A stretch of 64,000 nucleotides of DNA from Isurus oxyrinchus (GCA_026770705.1 JANJGN010000002.1:175956001-176020000), one strand, 5' to 3'. Positions 37,355-49,930 are shown, counted from the stretch's first letter. The notes: generated from the sequence alone by a model not told the origin. Program-made: numbers and translations.

Positions 37355-38785
37355 AGAAACAATTTATATTTATATAGCATCTTTATTATAATAAATTGTC
37401 CCAAGATGCTTCACAAGAGCAATTTTAAACAAAATCTGACATTGAGCCACATAAGAAGATATTAGATCAGGGAATTAAAAACTTGGTCAATGAGATACTT
37501 TTTAAGGAATATCTTAAAAGGTGATAGAGAGAAAAATACTTAGGGAGATAAATTCCAGAATTTAGGGCCTATACAATCAAAGGTATGGCCATCAATATTG
37601 GAGCAGAGAAAATGGGGTAGCACAAGAACCTAAAATTGGAGAAGTGCAGAGATCTCGGAGAGTTGTAAGGTTGTAGGATGTTACAAAGATTGGAAGAGCA
37701 GAGGCTAAGGAGGAATTTGAAAATAAGGATGAGAAATGTAAAGTTGAAGAATTTCTAGACCTGGAGCCATTGTAGGTCAATGCAGGACCAGAGTGGTGAT
37801 GGATAAATGGTGATGGGTGATGGGACTTGGCATAAGTTAGGACATGGGCAGTAGAGTTTTATATGATCTCACTTTTACAGAAGGTGAATAATGGGAGGCC
37901 AACCAGGAGAGCATTGGGGCAGAATTTTGCCCTTGGCGGGGACGCTCAGTAGGGGTGGACAGGAAGCTGATTAAGGCCCACCCAGCGTGAAACATGAGCG
38001 GCAGCGCTGAGCGCTGCTTATGCGGTGGGGGGTGGGGGAAACAGAGGGGGGAGCGGACCAAGCGTGAACTTCATGCATGCTTGCGAGTGAACGCTTCACA
38101 ATCTCCCTGAGGCACTGAGCTGCCTCAGGGAGATGAAGAGATATTTTTAAAAATAATTTAAAATATAACTCTGTCACATGAGCAGGAACATGTTATTAAT
38201 GAAAAATTAAAGTTTTTATTTTATTTTTATTTGCTCTTGGAAACCTCATCCTGCCCGTGGAAGAGGTTTCCAAAAAAATGCAAAGGCTGCTTAGCTTTTT
38301 CACCTGCCCGTCAACCATTAGGTTGGGCCGGCAGTGAAAATTTTATTTTAATTGATTATTTAATGGTCTTAACAGGCCTTCTAATTGTCGGCAGGTGCGC
38401 TACCGGCTCTGGCACGTGCCCACCGACCCGAACTTTTGTGCAACTGCGCGTTGACGTTGGCACACTTGGCCAATGTCAACGCGTGTCATTTCATGCTTGA
38501 GTGGGTCGGGCCGGCCGCCAAACAAAAATTTCTGCCTTTGGAGTAGTTGAGTATGAATGAGTGTGTCAGCAGCAAATGATCTGACCTGAGGCATAGGAGG
38601 GCAAAGTTACAGAGGTGGAAATAGGCTGTCTTTTTGATGGAGAGGATGTGGTGATAGAAGTTCAATTAAGTGCTAAATAGTTTACCAGCACTGCGAACAG
38701 TCTGGTTCCACCTCAGACAGTGGTCAGGGAGAGGGATGAAGTCAATGGCTAGGGAACAGAACTTGTCCCAGGGACTGAAGACAAT
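37355..38785 (-). mobile_element. Decayed L2 LINE 3' part, interrupted by a MITE
   Basis: Reverse-complement similarity to 3430-4275 and colinear similarity to 54250-54915 on both sides of the MITE. Confidence 0.75.
37917..38537. mobile_element. MITE (PIF/Harbinger-like)
   Basis: TIRs GGGCAGAATTTT...AAAATTTCTGCCT; 3-bp TSD TTG (37914-37916 / 38538-38540) splitting L2 sequence GAGCATTG|GAGTAG. Confidence 0.8.
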
Positions 38786-40594
38786 ACCAAATCAGCATTC
38801 TCACCTTGCTCAGCTTGATGCTCACTTGAAATCAGTTTATCCTGATAATGGCAAAAAAACTAACCATACTTATTGGTTTAAAACTGTGTTATCATGTCTG
38901 GCAATGGATTATTTTATGCTGGAGTGATTGAAACCACACTTTTGACTGACCTTTCAATGTTATATGTAATTAGCTGCTCACATTTTTCCTCATCAATGAC
39001 TTGCATGAAAAACGCGTCCCGCTGACATTGAAGAAAAAAGCAATGGAACGACTTTGATAATAAGCTAAACCTGAACTTAGTTTTTAAATCATATTTTACT
39101 GAATTGGATCCAGCTTAGCAATCATCTGGTCGGTTTCTGGAGTAACAGTTTCAACTGAATCCAAAATTAGCTCTATAACACCAGGTTGCCTTCCTCAGAT
39201 GTGACTGGGCAGTTATTGTGGTTGACATAGGCAGAAAGTGCCATGTTAAAGTCATGTTCGTTTTAGTACCCAGACAGACCTAAATTATGTCAATTCCTGT
39301 TGAAAATAATTGATTCATGACATTTTATCTATTTATCATCAACATTCAAATATCAAATTATTGTCAATACCTGTGAGAATCTTTGGTTGCATTGTCTTTA
39401 ACTTCTGGTTAACTTTAATGGAATGTTTTCATTTCTTTATCTTTTATACCCTTTGGTCTTGATAATTAATGATACCAGTAAAATGAATGTGGATACTGGC
39501 TCCAAATAACTTGAGATGTGCTTTTAGTAAATTGTATAATCTGTATTGAAAGATACTCAGTAAGCAATTAAAATGATTCAGTTAATGAGAATCAGTTCAA
39601 TGGTGCAACTGTTACATTTTATCAGCTTCATGAATCTTGCTTGCCCTCCCCCGGTTTTAAATGATATATTGATCTACAGGGAAAGAGAAAGGAAGAAGCA
39701 GGTAGAATTCAAAGGTTCCAATAATCAATATGCATCTGACAGGTGCATTTCCGTTTGTCTAAGGCTCTGTAAACTAATGTATAATTTAACACATAATAGT
39801 AGCAGTCTTTCATTTGAAATGAAAGAATTTCCCATGGCAATATTTCATCAAACTCAAACTAGACACTACAATGAGGCAAGAAGAAACTTTTAGGATCGCA
39901 ATATATCAGAATCACTTTTACTTTTATTATTATTCATTGGCAAAATAATATTTCCTACTCACAGTGCTAACTACTTTTGAGCAGACCCAGGAATGGTGTA
40001 TTCAGTGTGTTTAAGATAGGCATTACACAAGGATTTGAAACTTGGACTCCTTGAATGTCAATAATGATTTTTATAATGAAAATAGCACTTGCAGATAGAG
40101 TTCAAATCCAAGTTGTGCTAGAAAATGCTGTAGGCTTGTGCACAAAATAGATATGCAGCAGAGTAATTTAAACCACAAGGACAGGCATTCTATACAAAAA
40201 TATTCCATTAAACAGACATTTCCATTTGGTTGCTCATATCTCCTGGCAGCAGCCATTGATTTCCATGTGGAGAGTATCACAGGATGAATTCGTAACCAAA
40301 AGATAAAGATCACTGATCAACTGTATAGGATTGTACTAGAAATAGAAATTGCTTTAAAAAATCTGTAATATGGTGTGTGTGAGATAGTGAGGTATGTTTT
40401 AATTTGAGCCACCCAGTGTAAATGAGCCAGCTGTAGTGCACTAGAATACCTATTCAATAATTAGCTCTCTGTTTTCGCTAGCATTCCTGCTGCTGCTATC
40501 CTGAAAGTGGCCTACCACAGGACATTTGAGGGCCCTGGCTTGTTTGAACAATAGGCCCTTTTAATAAGGAGATTGGGGCTTCAGGACACACATG

Positions 40595-41249
40595 GGACAG
40601 AATTTTTCCCTCATCGGGCAGGGGCGTGCCCAACCCGAACGGGAGAAAAATAGTGTGTGATGACATCGGGCAAGAGTCTCGATGTCATCGTGCACTCACA
40701 ATATTTCGGTCAGCGGGTGCACACAAGAGGCAGCAGCGCACCTCCCGACAATTAAGAGGCCTATTAAGGCCCTTAATGAATTAACTGAATTGAATTTTTC
40801 GCCGCCTGTCCAACCTTACGGTTGGTGGGTGGGAGAATAGGCCAAGCAGCCCCTGCATTTTTCACCTTATCCACGGGAGGGATGAGGTTTTGACCATTGA
40901 TTTTTTAAAAATGAAAACTTTAAAAATTCATTTGTAACATGTCCATGCTCACGTGACAGAGTCACATGAGGGGACATGTTTTCCTTAATTTTATCATCTT
41001 TATTTGTAAAGTTAAAAATCTTCAGCTCCCTGAGGCAGCTCTGCACTTTCAGGGAGCTTTCAGTGAGCACACCCATGCTCTTGTGCTGACTTCCACGCTC
41101 GCCCTCCACCCAGGCAGCACTGAGCATTTCAGCGCGCGATTCAGACTGGCTGGCTGTTAATTGGCCAGCCAGCGTGAAATTGTGATTGGGGCCCAATTGC
41201 AGGCAACAATCAGTTTCGCAGCCCACCCAACAGGGTAACAATCCTGCCC
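40595..41249. mobile_element. MITE (PIF/Harbinger-like)
   Basis: TIRs GGACAGAATTTT...AACAATCCTGCCC; 3-bp TSD ATG (40592-40594 / 41250-41252). Confidence 0.8.
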
Positions 41250-42581
41250 ATGTTTGTCATTTTGGGAGGTAACTGGGTGGAGTGAGCCTACCTATCTACA
41301 AGCCCAACCTATCAAATTACATAAATTTTGTTCAAAGCTATCAATCAAAACTAGCAAGAACCACAATTGAGTCCCTCAACAATGTTTTATGACTTCAGCC
41401 TCCATTTTCTTTGTTCGTGTCAGTAACTACAGATTGAAATAACATTTATTACACACATACAAAAGTACATAACTCAGAAAAAAACTCTCTCAGGGATCCA
41501 CGGCTTGAATTCTATTTCATTTGCAGCACCAGGAGTTTCACTTGGGTTGCAAAGGAGGATTTTCAGCTCATGGTGACAAATTTGGTCTGTGTGATACAAA
41601 AACATCCGAAGGTGCTTTTCAATAATGCTTAATGTGCCCAACAACAATCTCAGTCACATGGCCACAGGTTAAAATGAAATAAATAATAAAGTACTAAAGG
41701 AAATATTACAATTTCGCGATGGGGCGTAGAGAAAAATAAATCTTGAAACCTTAGTAAGAGAGAGAGAAAGATTTGGGAAGGTAAGAATTACAAAAGCTAC
41801 ATGTCTCCTAAACAAGTTTTGTAAAGTAAATAGTGTTAGAAATATTGGCCAGGAATGTGCAGTCAGCACAAAAGTGGTGGTATTTATCACTGACCTCGAA
41901 GAAAACTGCCCACAAATACTTAGCAATCTCTGTGCTATGGGTTAATTTTTCCCGGTTTTAAATTAATTCTGGTGCCAAACATGGGAGATCTCTAGCATCC
42001 AAGAACAGTGATGTCATGATGCAGGGCAAGTAGCAAATCACATTAAAGAATTCTCACAGGCTGAAAACCGGGAAGTAAAATGTATTGATTATCCATCACT
42101 TTTTAATCATTTTACAAAGTGTGAGGTAAAGATTGGGACATTAACATGGTATTAAGGTAAAAGCTGAAGGATCACAAACACACTTTAAGAAATATATTAT
42201 TACATTAAAACCTATGGATTATTTTAATCATAATGGAGAAATTTGACATACCACAAATATAAAATTAGTTTTTCTGGATCAGAGAGGTTTTTCAGCAGCA
42301 CCTCAGACTAGTATGCTATTAAATACCCAAATACACCCCATTCAAAAAGACAAAGCTTTTTAAAGGTTTCTTTACAATGAGACTAATAATGTATCAGTGG
42401 AAGTTCATGTCAATTCAAGAGATTTCAAAAGATTTCCATCTGTGGGACTTCAAAAGCATGTCCTGTGAAGGAGCAAGCAATCACTGATAGAAACTTCTGA
42501 ATTTCCATGTTTAAGTAAAAGTTGCCGTCAGTTTCACAGTTGTAATAATGGTGAATACTGACAGCTTTTCTGTCATTACAA

Positions 42582-42585
<4 letters not shown>

Positions 42586-42626
<41 letters not shown>

Positions 42627-42654
42627 ATATATATATATATATATATATCTATAT
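42586..42654. repeat. (TA)n microsatellite, slightly interrupted
   Basis: About 70 bp of TA repeats. Confidence 0.95.
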
Positions 42655-42795
42655 GTGAGACACTGTCTTTCAATATCAGTAATGAGAAAGATACCTGCTC
42701 ACTGTGTGAGTCACATGATTTGTACTGCAGCAGTGGGAAATCGGTTGTTGCATTTACGTATAAAGGCAACAAATATCAGTAAAAAAAACCCCCAA

Positions 42796-43438
42796 GGGCA
42801 GGGAGCAGCCGTGAAACCAACCTTGCCTGCGATCGGTCCCCGACCATGATTTCACGCTTGCTGGCCAATTACAGCCAGCCAGTCTGAATCGTGCACTGCA
42901 AAGCTCAGCGCTGCCTGGGTGGAGGGGAGGAGAGCGAGGGCGAAAGTCAGCGCATGCTTGCAGAAGTGCTCACTCAAAGCTCCCCGAAGGCACAGAGCTG
43001 CCTCAGGGAGTTGAAGATTTTTAACCTAACAAATAAAGATGGTAAAATTAAGGAAAACATGCCCCCTCATGTGACACTGTCATTTGAGTAGGGACATGTA
43101 AAAAAATTAGTCTTAAAAGTTTTTATTTTTTTAATCAATGGTCGAAACCTCATCCCTCCTGTGGATGAGGTTTCGCCAAAAAGGCAAAAGCCACTTGGCC
43201 TATTCGCTCACCCATAAGGTTGGACAGACAGTGAACAACTCAGTTCAATTAATTGATTAAAGGCCTTAATAGGCCTCTTAATTGTCAGTGGGCACGCTGC
43301 CACCTCTCGCGCATGCCCACCGACTGAAATATCACACGAGTGCACGATAACGTCAGAACTCGCCCAACATCATTGCTGACTATTTTTCTCCCGTTCAGGT
43401 CAGGCATGCACCAGCCCAACAAGGGAAACATTCTGCCC
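42796..43438. mobile_element. MITE, same subfamily as 40595-41249 but inverted
   Basis: Ends GGGCAGG...AAACATTCTGCCC; 3-bp TSD CAA (42793-42795 / 43439-43441); the ORF track shows the shared peptide QSCLRELKIFN on opposite strands. Confidence 0.8.
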
Positions 43439-45969
43439 CAATCCTGGATTACCCATGATGAATACCAGGGGTCATTTACTCATCTAGTACACAGAAATCA
43501 CTGTTATTTAGCTACATAATCATACAGACCCATTAATGTACAAGCGTACAAAAACATTTTCCTCAATATGTTTACATATGTAATATTTTACCTGGTTTCT
43601 AAAATGGGTAATGCATTCTCTGTGAGCTTCACATCTATCTTTGATATCCATAGCACCTTTCTTAAAAAAAACATACTGCCATTGCAAGGGATGTTGGCTT
43701 CTGACATTTTTCTGCACAGTTTACTAAGCTCCTGGCAACACCAGCACTCCCAATCACTGGGCATGCCACCAGACAATGAGTATTGGTGCCAGGCTTTATT
43801 TCCCAGCCATGTAACTGCTGATTCTGGAATCTCATTCTCACTTGCACTTTTCTTCTGAAATTACTGGATGATCAATCTACAGGTCGCTTAGTAATAGTTC
43901 AAAATCAAATACTTCTCGGTAGGATCTTTGGAAGAGAAAAAAAAAACAAAAATAGTGAATTATATTTTCCAAAAGTTATTTGTTTGAAAAGAAAATACAG
44001 CCAGAAATCAAAGCTTCCCCATTGGTCTAATGGGTAAAGGAGTTTCCTGATATCGCACTACTCCACAGAGAACCCCCAGTAGACCCAGGAATTGATTGCT
44101 GTTTGGGATGTGTCAGTCCTCTCAGTTAGGGTGATATAATTGACTGCTTTCCTGATTGCTATCAAATGACTCCTACTGGAAAATTCATTTGCATGGATGT
44201 CAGGTGATCATTTGGTGGGGTGCAGTCTTTCAATGATCACTGTTTGGCCTCAAATGTGGAAAAAGAAGAATACCTGTTTCATTGTGTCCCAACAGGAGTA
44301 GATGCCATCTGAGTCAATGGGAGGGGGAGAAGAAATCTATTTATGCACCATAGAATTATTGAATGTATTTAAATTTAACATGAAATCAATCATGTCAACA
44401 GCAGACTTTTTTGCAGGGGAAGAAATATAATCAAAAAAGTTATTAATAAAAAGGCTAACCTTACACAAAAGAAACGAACAATAATCAGAAGGATTAATTT
44501 ACTAAATACCAAATAAAAGAAAATTCTAGTGAAGGATCCCAACTGAAATATTAACCTATCTTTCAGATGCTAACCAAACAACATTCACTTTAATAAAGCT
44601 ATTTTTTTACTTTTAATCCCAGTTCCCTGACTGCTCTGCTCTGGATTATAAGAATGTTGCGGTTCAGAGACCCTTTTCCCAGGCTTCAGTGGGTGCTGTT
44701 CAGCAGGGATCAGTCCTTCCCAATAACAGCAGCCAATTAGTGTTTTAAGGACATTAAGGATATATGAATTCACGGATCTGTATAATGTCAGCAAAGACAG
44801 CTCATAAAATGCTAATCCACAGCTTCAGGACTGTTGACACATCAAGGCTATATTACATGTGCAAACTGGGCAAACCCAATCAGCAAAAGGGAGTTGAATT
44901 AACCGGGGCAGGAATTGCATTCCATAACAGGCAGGAGCTTCACTTAACTATTAAAACATAGTGTATTACTTCCTGGTGTGAGGAAAGTATCCATTTATAA
45001 TTATGCCCATTAGAAATGAGTATCCAAGGGCACAGATAACAGTAAAAATACAAAGTTCATCTAAAGGAGATGATGGTAAGGTAAGTGTATTCTCATAATT
45101 TCTTGACTGTTTTACTACTGATTTCTTAAGTGCCTGCACTGGCACTTTTTTTTTCCACAGGCCTTTCCATCAATGGTTCTTCTAATCATTTCTAATCCTG
45201 CTGGATTTCCCAATTGAAATCTCCTTCTTAGTTTTCTCTCTACCTAAGCACAAGTTAAATCTGGAATAATGCCTTAAATATATTCATAACTATCTTGTGA
45301 TTTTGCAACAGTGTCGTCACTCCATTGTTGAATGGTATACTAATGTTATTTGAATTATTACCAAAGGATTAGAGGTGGATCATTACAGTGATTTCACAGG
45401 TAGGTCTAATATACAGTGAAGATCATTGTAAATAATTTTTTTGCTGTTTTAGAATACACACACTTGAAGCATATTTAGATAAAAATTTAAAATATCATTG
45501 AAAATTCAGGAAAGCAGTCATAAACAACTGGTTAAAAAAATTGAAAGATGTATTTCAATAATGGTTATAAGGAGAAGATGGGAAAAAACAGCTGATACAA
45601 TGGGGTTGATTTTAATCCTACCCAGTTACAGAAATCCATTCATTGATAATTAAGTACCCAGATTGCTTACCCAGACAAGAGGCACTGGGACAAGATGATT
45701 CCCAGTTTTCACCTGCTCAGGTGAGCAGACAAAAGCGGCAATTGTCCAAAGCCAAAAGTGTCCTTTTAAACACATGGATTTTGGATCATAACAATGTCAT
45801 CAGCCAATTTTAATTCGGCAGTTTGATTAAGAAACTGCAGTGAGTTTCCCACCAAGACAGCATAGGAGCAGATTACAGGCAGAATAGACTCTAAAAAGGA
45901 CTTAAAAAAAAAACAATGTCCATGTTAAGGACAAGAGGTGCACCTAAACCTTTCCTGCTGCAGACTTGC

Positions 45970-47572
45970 AGCCCTCCTTCCCACCTTTCTCCTTCCCTCC
46001 TACCTTCCCCTCCCCTCCACTATCTTCCCCCCCCACCCCTCCCCTCCCCACATGTTTCCCACCACCACTCCCCTCCCACCATCTTCCCCTCCCCTTCCCT
46101 CCCCTCTCATATTTCCCTCCTCTCTTCCCCTCCCCATCTTCCCCCATCTTCCCATGCCCCCAAAGCTTCCCTTGCCCCCCAGCTCCCCCTCGCACCCCAG
46201 CTTCTCCTCACCTCCCCAGCTTCCCCTTGCCCCTCCCCTATATTCCCCCTCCCATCACCTCCCCTCCCATCTTCTACTCACCTCCCCTATCTTCCCCTCT
46301 CCTCCCCTCTCCTCAGCTCTTCCCCTCCCCTCTTCCCCTCCCCTCCCCATTTCCCCACCCAACTTCCCCTCCCCTTCCCTCTTCCCTTCCAGTGATCCCT
46401 TCCCCTCCAATCTTCCCTTCCTCTTCAATATTCTGCTTCTCTTCTCCCTCCCCTTCTATTTTCCCCTCCTGTCTCCTCCCACCTTCTCCTCCCCTCCGTT
46501 CCACACCCTACCCTCTTCCCCTCCCCTTCCCCACCTCTCCCCTCCTTTCATCCCTTCCCTCCCCCTCTTCCCTTCCCTTCCAATTGCTTCCCATCTTCCC
46601 TTCCCCTCTTCCCATCACTTCCCCTCTTTGCTTCGCTTGCCCTCTTCCTTTCCCTTCCCCCTTCACCTCCTTACTTCACCCCCCACTCCCCTCTCCACTT
46701 CCCTGCCCCTTCCCCTCGCCTCTCATCCCCTCTGCTGCTCCCCTCACCTCTGCTCCCATCTTCACCTCGACTCCCTTCTTCCACTCATCTCCCCTCCCTT
46801 CTTCCTCTCCAATCTTCCATTCCTCTTCTCCCCTCCCCTCCATGCCTCTTCTCCCCTCCCCTGTATTCCCATCTTTTCCTCCCCTCCCCATCTCCTTCCC
46901 CTCCAATCTTCACTTCCACTCCAATCTTCCCTTCTCCTCCAATCCTTATTTCCACCCCAATCTTCCATTCCTGTTCTCTCCTCCCCTCCCCTCTTCCCCT
47001 CTCATATTCCCCTCCACTCCAATCTTCTCTTCCCCTCCAATTTTCCCCCCTCCAATCTTCCCTGCCCCTCCAAACTTCTCATCCCTTCCAATGTTTTGCT
47101 TCTCTTCTCCCCTACCTCTCCTCCTCTGCTCCCCTATTCCCTTTCCTTCCCCACTTCCCTTCTCTTCCTCTCTTCCCTTCCCTTCCCTACACCCCCTCCC
47201 CACTTCCCCTCCTCACTTGCCCTCCCCACTTCCCTTCCCCTCACTTCCCCCCCATCTTCATCTCCATTCCCTTCTTCCACTCAACTCCCCTCCCTGCTTC
47301 ACCTCCAATCTTCCCTTCTCCACCAATCTTCTGCTCATCTTCCCCCTCCCTTCTTCCCCTCCCCTCCCCTCCCCTTTCTCTTCCAATCTTCAGCTCCTCT
47401 TCCCCATCCCTGTCCCCATCTTCCCCTCCTCTCCCATCTTCCCCTCCCCTCCCCTCCCATCTTCTCCCTCTCCCATCTTCCCCTCCCCCATCTTCCCCTC
47501 CCCTCTCCTCCATTTACCCCCCTACCCTCCCCTCCCATCTTCCCCCCTCCTCCCACCTCCCATCTTCCCCAT
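45970..47572. repeat. ~1.6 kb low-complexity polypyrimidine tract (CCCCTCCC / ATCTTCCCC-type degenerate units)
   Basis: Plus strand almost entirely C/T with scattered A; gives spurious P/S/L/F-rich ORFs. Confidence 0.95.
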
Positions 47573-47619
47573 TAAAACTAGTCAGGATATAAAGGCTTTC
47601 ATCTCAACGTTCTAAATTT

Positions 47620-48700
47620 GTAGAACCAAATGATGACACAACAAGGAAGGAGGCCATTCAACCCATCATGCCTGTGTCTATGCAGTAGAGCTAACCAATT
47701 GGTTTCACTCCCTTGCTCTTTCTCATAATCCTGCATTTCTTCCTTCCCTTGAAGTATTATCCAATTCTCTTTTGAATATTACTATTAAAATTGCTTTCCC
47801 CACTCATTCAGGCAGTGCAACCTACATCACAATAACTCCCTGTCTAAAAAATGGTTCCTCATGCCGCCATTGGTTCTCTAGCGAATCACCTGTGTCCTCT
47901 GATTACAAACCCTTCTTTTTCTCCTTATTTATCTATCAAACCTTAATGATTTTGAACACCTCTATTAAATCTCTCTGTTAACCTTCTCTGCTATAAGGAG
48001 AACAGCCCCAGCTTTTCCATTCTCTCCACATGACTGAAATCTCTCAACCCTGGTACCTTTCTAGAAAATCTGCTTCCTTTCCATGGCCTTGACATCTTTT
48101 CCAAAGTGTGGTGCCCAGAATTGAATACAACACTCAAGCTGAGGCCAAAGCAGGGATTTATAAAGTTTTAGCATAGCTTCCTGGCTTTGTATTGTATTCT
48201 CTAGTAATAAAATCAGGGATCCAATATATATTTTAACAGCCTTCTCAACTTGGCACCTTCCATGATTTAAGTACTTATACCCCCAGGTTTCTCTCTGTTC
48301 CTGTGCCCCTTTAAGCTCACACCATTTATTTCATAGCACCCCTCTTCATTCTTCCTACTAAAATGTATCACAACACTTCTCTGCATTAAATTTCATCTGC
48401 CCATTTCACCATTCTATGTCTTCCTAGAGTCTGATACAATCCTCCTCATTGTTTATGTTATTTCTGAGTTTCATATCACCTGTAAAATGTGAAATTATGC
48501 CTGGTGTACTCAAGTCCAGGTTATTCATATATATCAAAGAGCAATGGTCCTAATACTGACCCTTCTGGAAACGGTACTGGATACGTCCCTCCATTCTGAC
48601 AAACAACGATTCATCGCTATTTTAATGCTTTATGCCCCTTAGCCAGCTTTGTATTCATGTTGTCACTATCCCCTTAATCCCACAAATTTTAATTTTCTAC
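47620..48700 (-). mobile_element. Decayed CR1-type LINE
   Basis: GGAGGCCATTCAACCCATC (reverse CR1 tail), GTGTGGTGCCCAGAATTGAATACAACACTC (reverse of LE.CIQFWAPH), GGTCCTAATACTGACCCTTCTGGAAC (reverse of VPEGSVLGP). Confidence 0.8.
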
Positions 48701-48714
48701 CATGGTCTAGACTG

Positions 48715-49025
48715 ATGGAGTGCTTCATTGTTTATATTCAGGTGAAATTGTAAGCCTTGGTCCCAGTTACTTGTTTAGTAGATACAAAAGATACTTTGTG
48801 AAGAGTAAGGACTTCTTCTGATTCTCTAATCAATGTTCTTACTTGAACCAATACTGGCAAAAACAGATTAAGTGAAGAGTTATCTCATTTATTTTCTGTA
48901 GGATCTTTCTGTGCACAAATTGGTTGTTGCGTTTACCTACTATACTGTAAAAGAAGTCATTGGCTTTGAAACTTAATAGAATCTGAGAATGTGAAAGCTG
49001 TTATATAAATGCAAGTCCTTTCTTT
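48715..49025 (+). mobile_element. Decayed Deu-domain SINE
   Basis: AAAACAGATTA..GTTATCTCATT..GTAGGATCTT.CTGTGCACAAATTGGTTG..; tail GTGAAAG.TGTTATATAAATGCAAGTCCTTTCTTT. Confidence 0.6.
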
Positions 49026-49143
49026 GAAACTATTTACACAAAATATAATGCTATGCATCATTATGTAGGTCTTCAATTTCCTCATCATCATTTAACCGAA
49101 TTAAGGAACCTATCTGTACATAAAGTAGGCAACTGAAGATGTT

Positions 49144-49280
49144 AAAGACAAAACAAAACTGCGGATGCTGGAAATCCAAAACAAAAACAGAATTACCTGG
49201 AAAAACTCAGCAGGTCTGGCAGCATCGGCGGAGAAGAAAAGAGTTGACGTTTCGAGTCTTCATGACCCTTCGACAGAACT
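49144..49280 (-). mobile_element. Young short Penelope-like insertion with hammerhead-like motif
   Basis: Near-identical to the copies at 49931, 60039 and 33936; direct repeat AACTGAAGATGTT (49131-49143 / 49277-49289). Confidence 0.8.
49242..49280 (-). ncRNA. Minimal type I hammerhead-ribozyme-like motif (variant core CUGUCGA)
   Basis: AGUU-CUGUCGA-A-GGGUC-AUGAA-GACUC-GAAAC-GUC-AACU: stem I AGUU/AACU, stem II GGGUC/GACUC, palindromic ACGU stem III, GUC cleavage triplet. Confidence 0.6.
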
Positions 49281-49930
49281 GAAGATGTTCTTTGTTACTG
49301 GTTATGAAGGGAAGTTACTACATGACACAGGAAAAGTGACTTTATTACATCAGAGATGTTGCGTTCTGATTTCAATGTTTTTGGAATTCGTCAGGTTCAA
49401 CTTTCATTTTGGGTTTGACCTTTCAGCAACGTGGTGTCCATGGAGTTTAACATGTATCCTACTTGCATATTATTAAATGAACTCTAGGTGGCACCCTGTT
49501 GGGAGTAAGCACATTGTAGCAATTACACTACAAGATCTCTCTTGTATTGATTTTGTAATTTCTTGGCAGGGCTTTTCTGGAGCCCCTGGAAATAAAATCA
49601 TGTTGTAATTACCAAACCAGTTTATGCTCGTTCAGACATAACAAGATTTAATCCTATTCCGATGTCTGATTTATTAAACAGTATCCAATAGGTACTCGCT
49701 GTATATAGGTCCCTGGCCTCTTGCTTTTTATCATTCCACTACTAAAATATGGGATTGTGATATTCCTTTAAGAATTTATAAAGTTTTTTTTCCGGAAAAG
49801 GAATATATTTAATAGAAAATAAAATAGTCCAAAGGGATCCACTGAAATGCAAATTGTTGCCTTTAACCTATGAGTAAATTGTTTGCTCGTACGGGAGTAA
49901 AAACGTATCCAACAAACAGCATATGTTTGA

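Noticed and set aside
40595-43438. One composite transposon with 650-bp TIRs
   Set aside because: Each arm has its own TIRs and its own 3-bp TSD (ATG versus CAA), and the spacer has no transposase-like ORF
45916-47615. Long ORFs of 545 and 549 aa and several G/E/R-rich reverse ORFs
   Set aside because: Products of a stop-poor polypyrimidine tract; open in several frames at once, with low-complexity composition and no domain or splice structure
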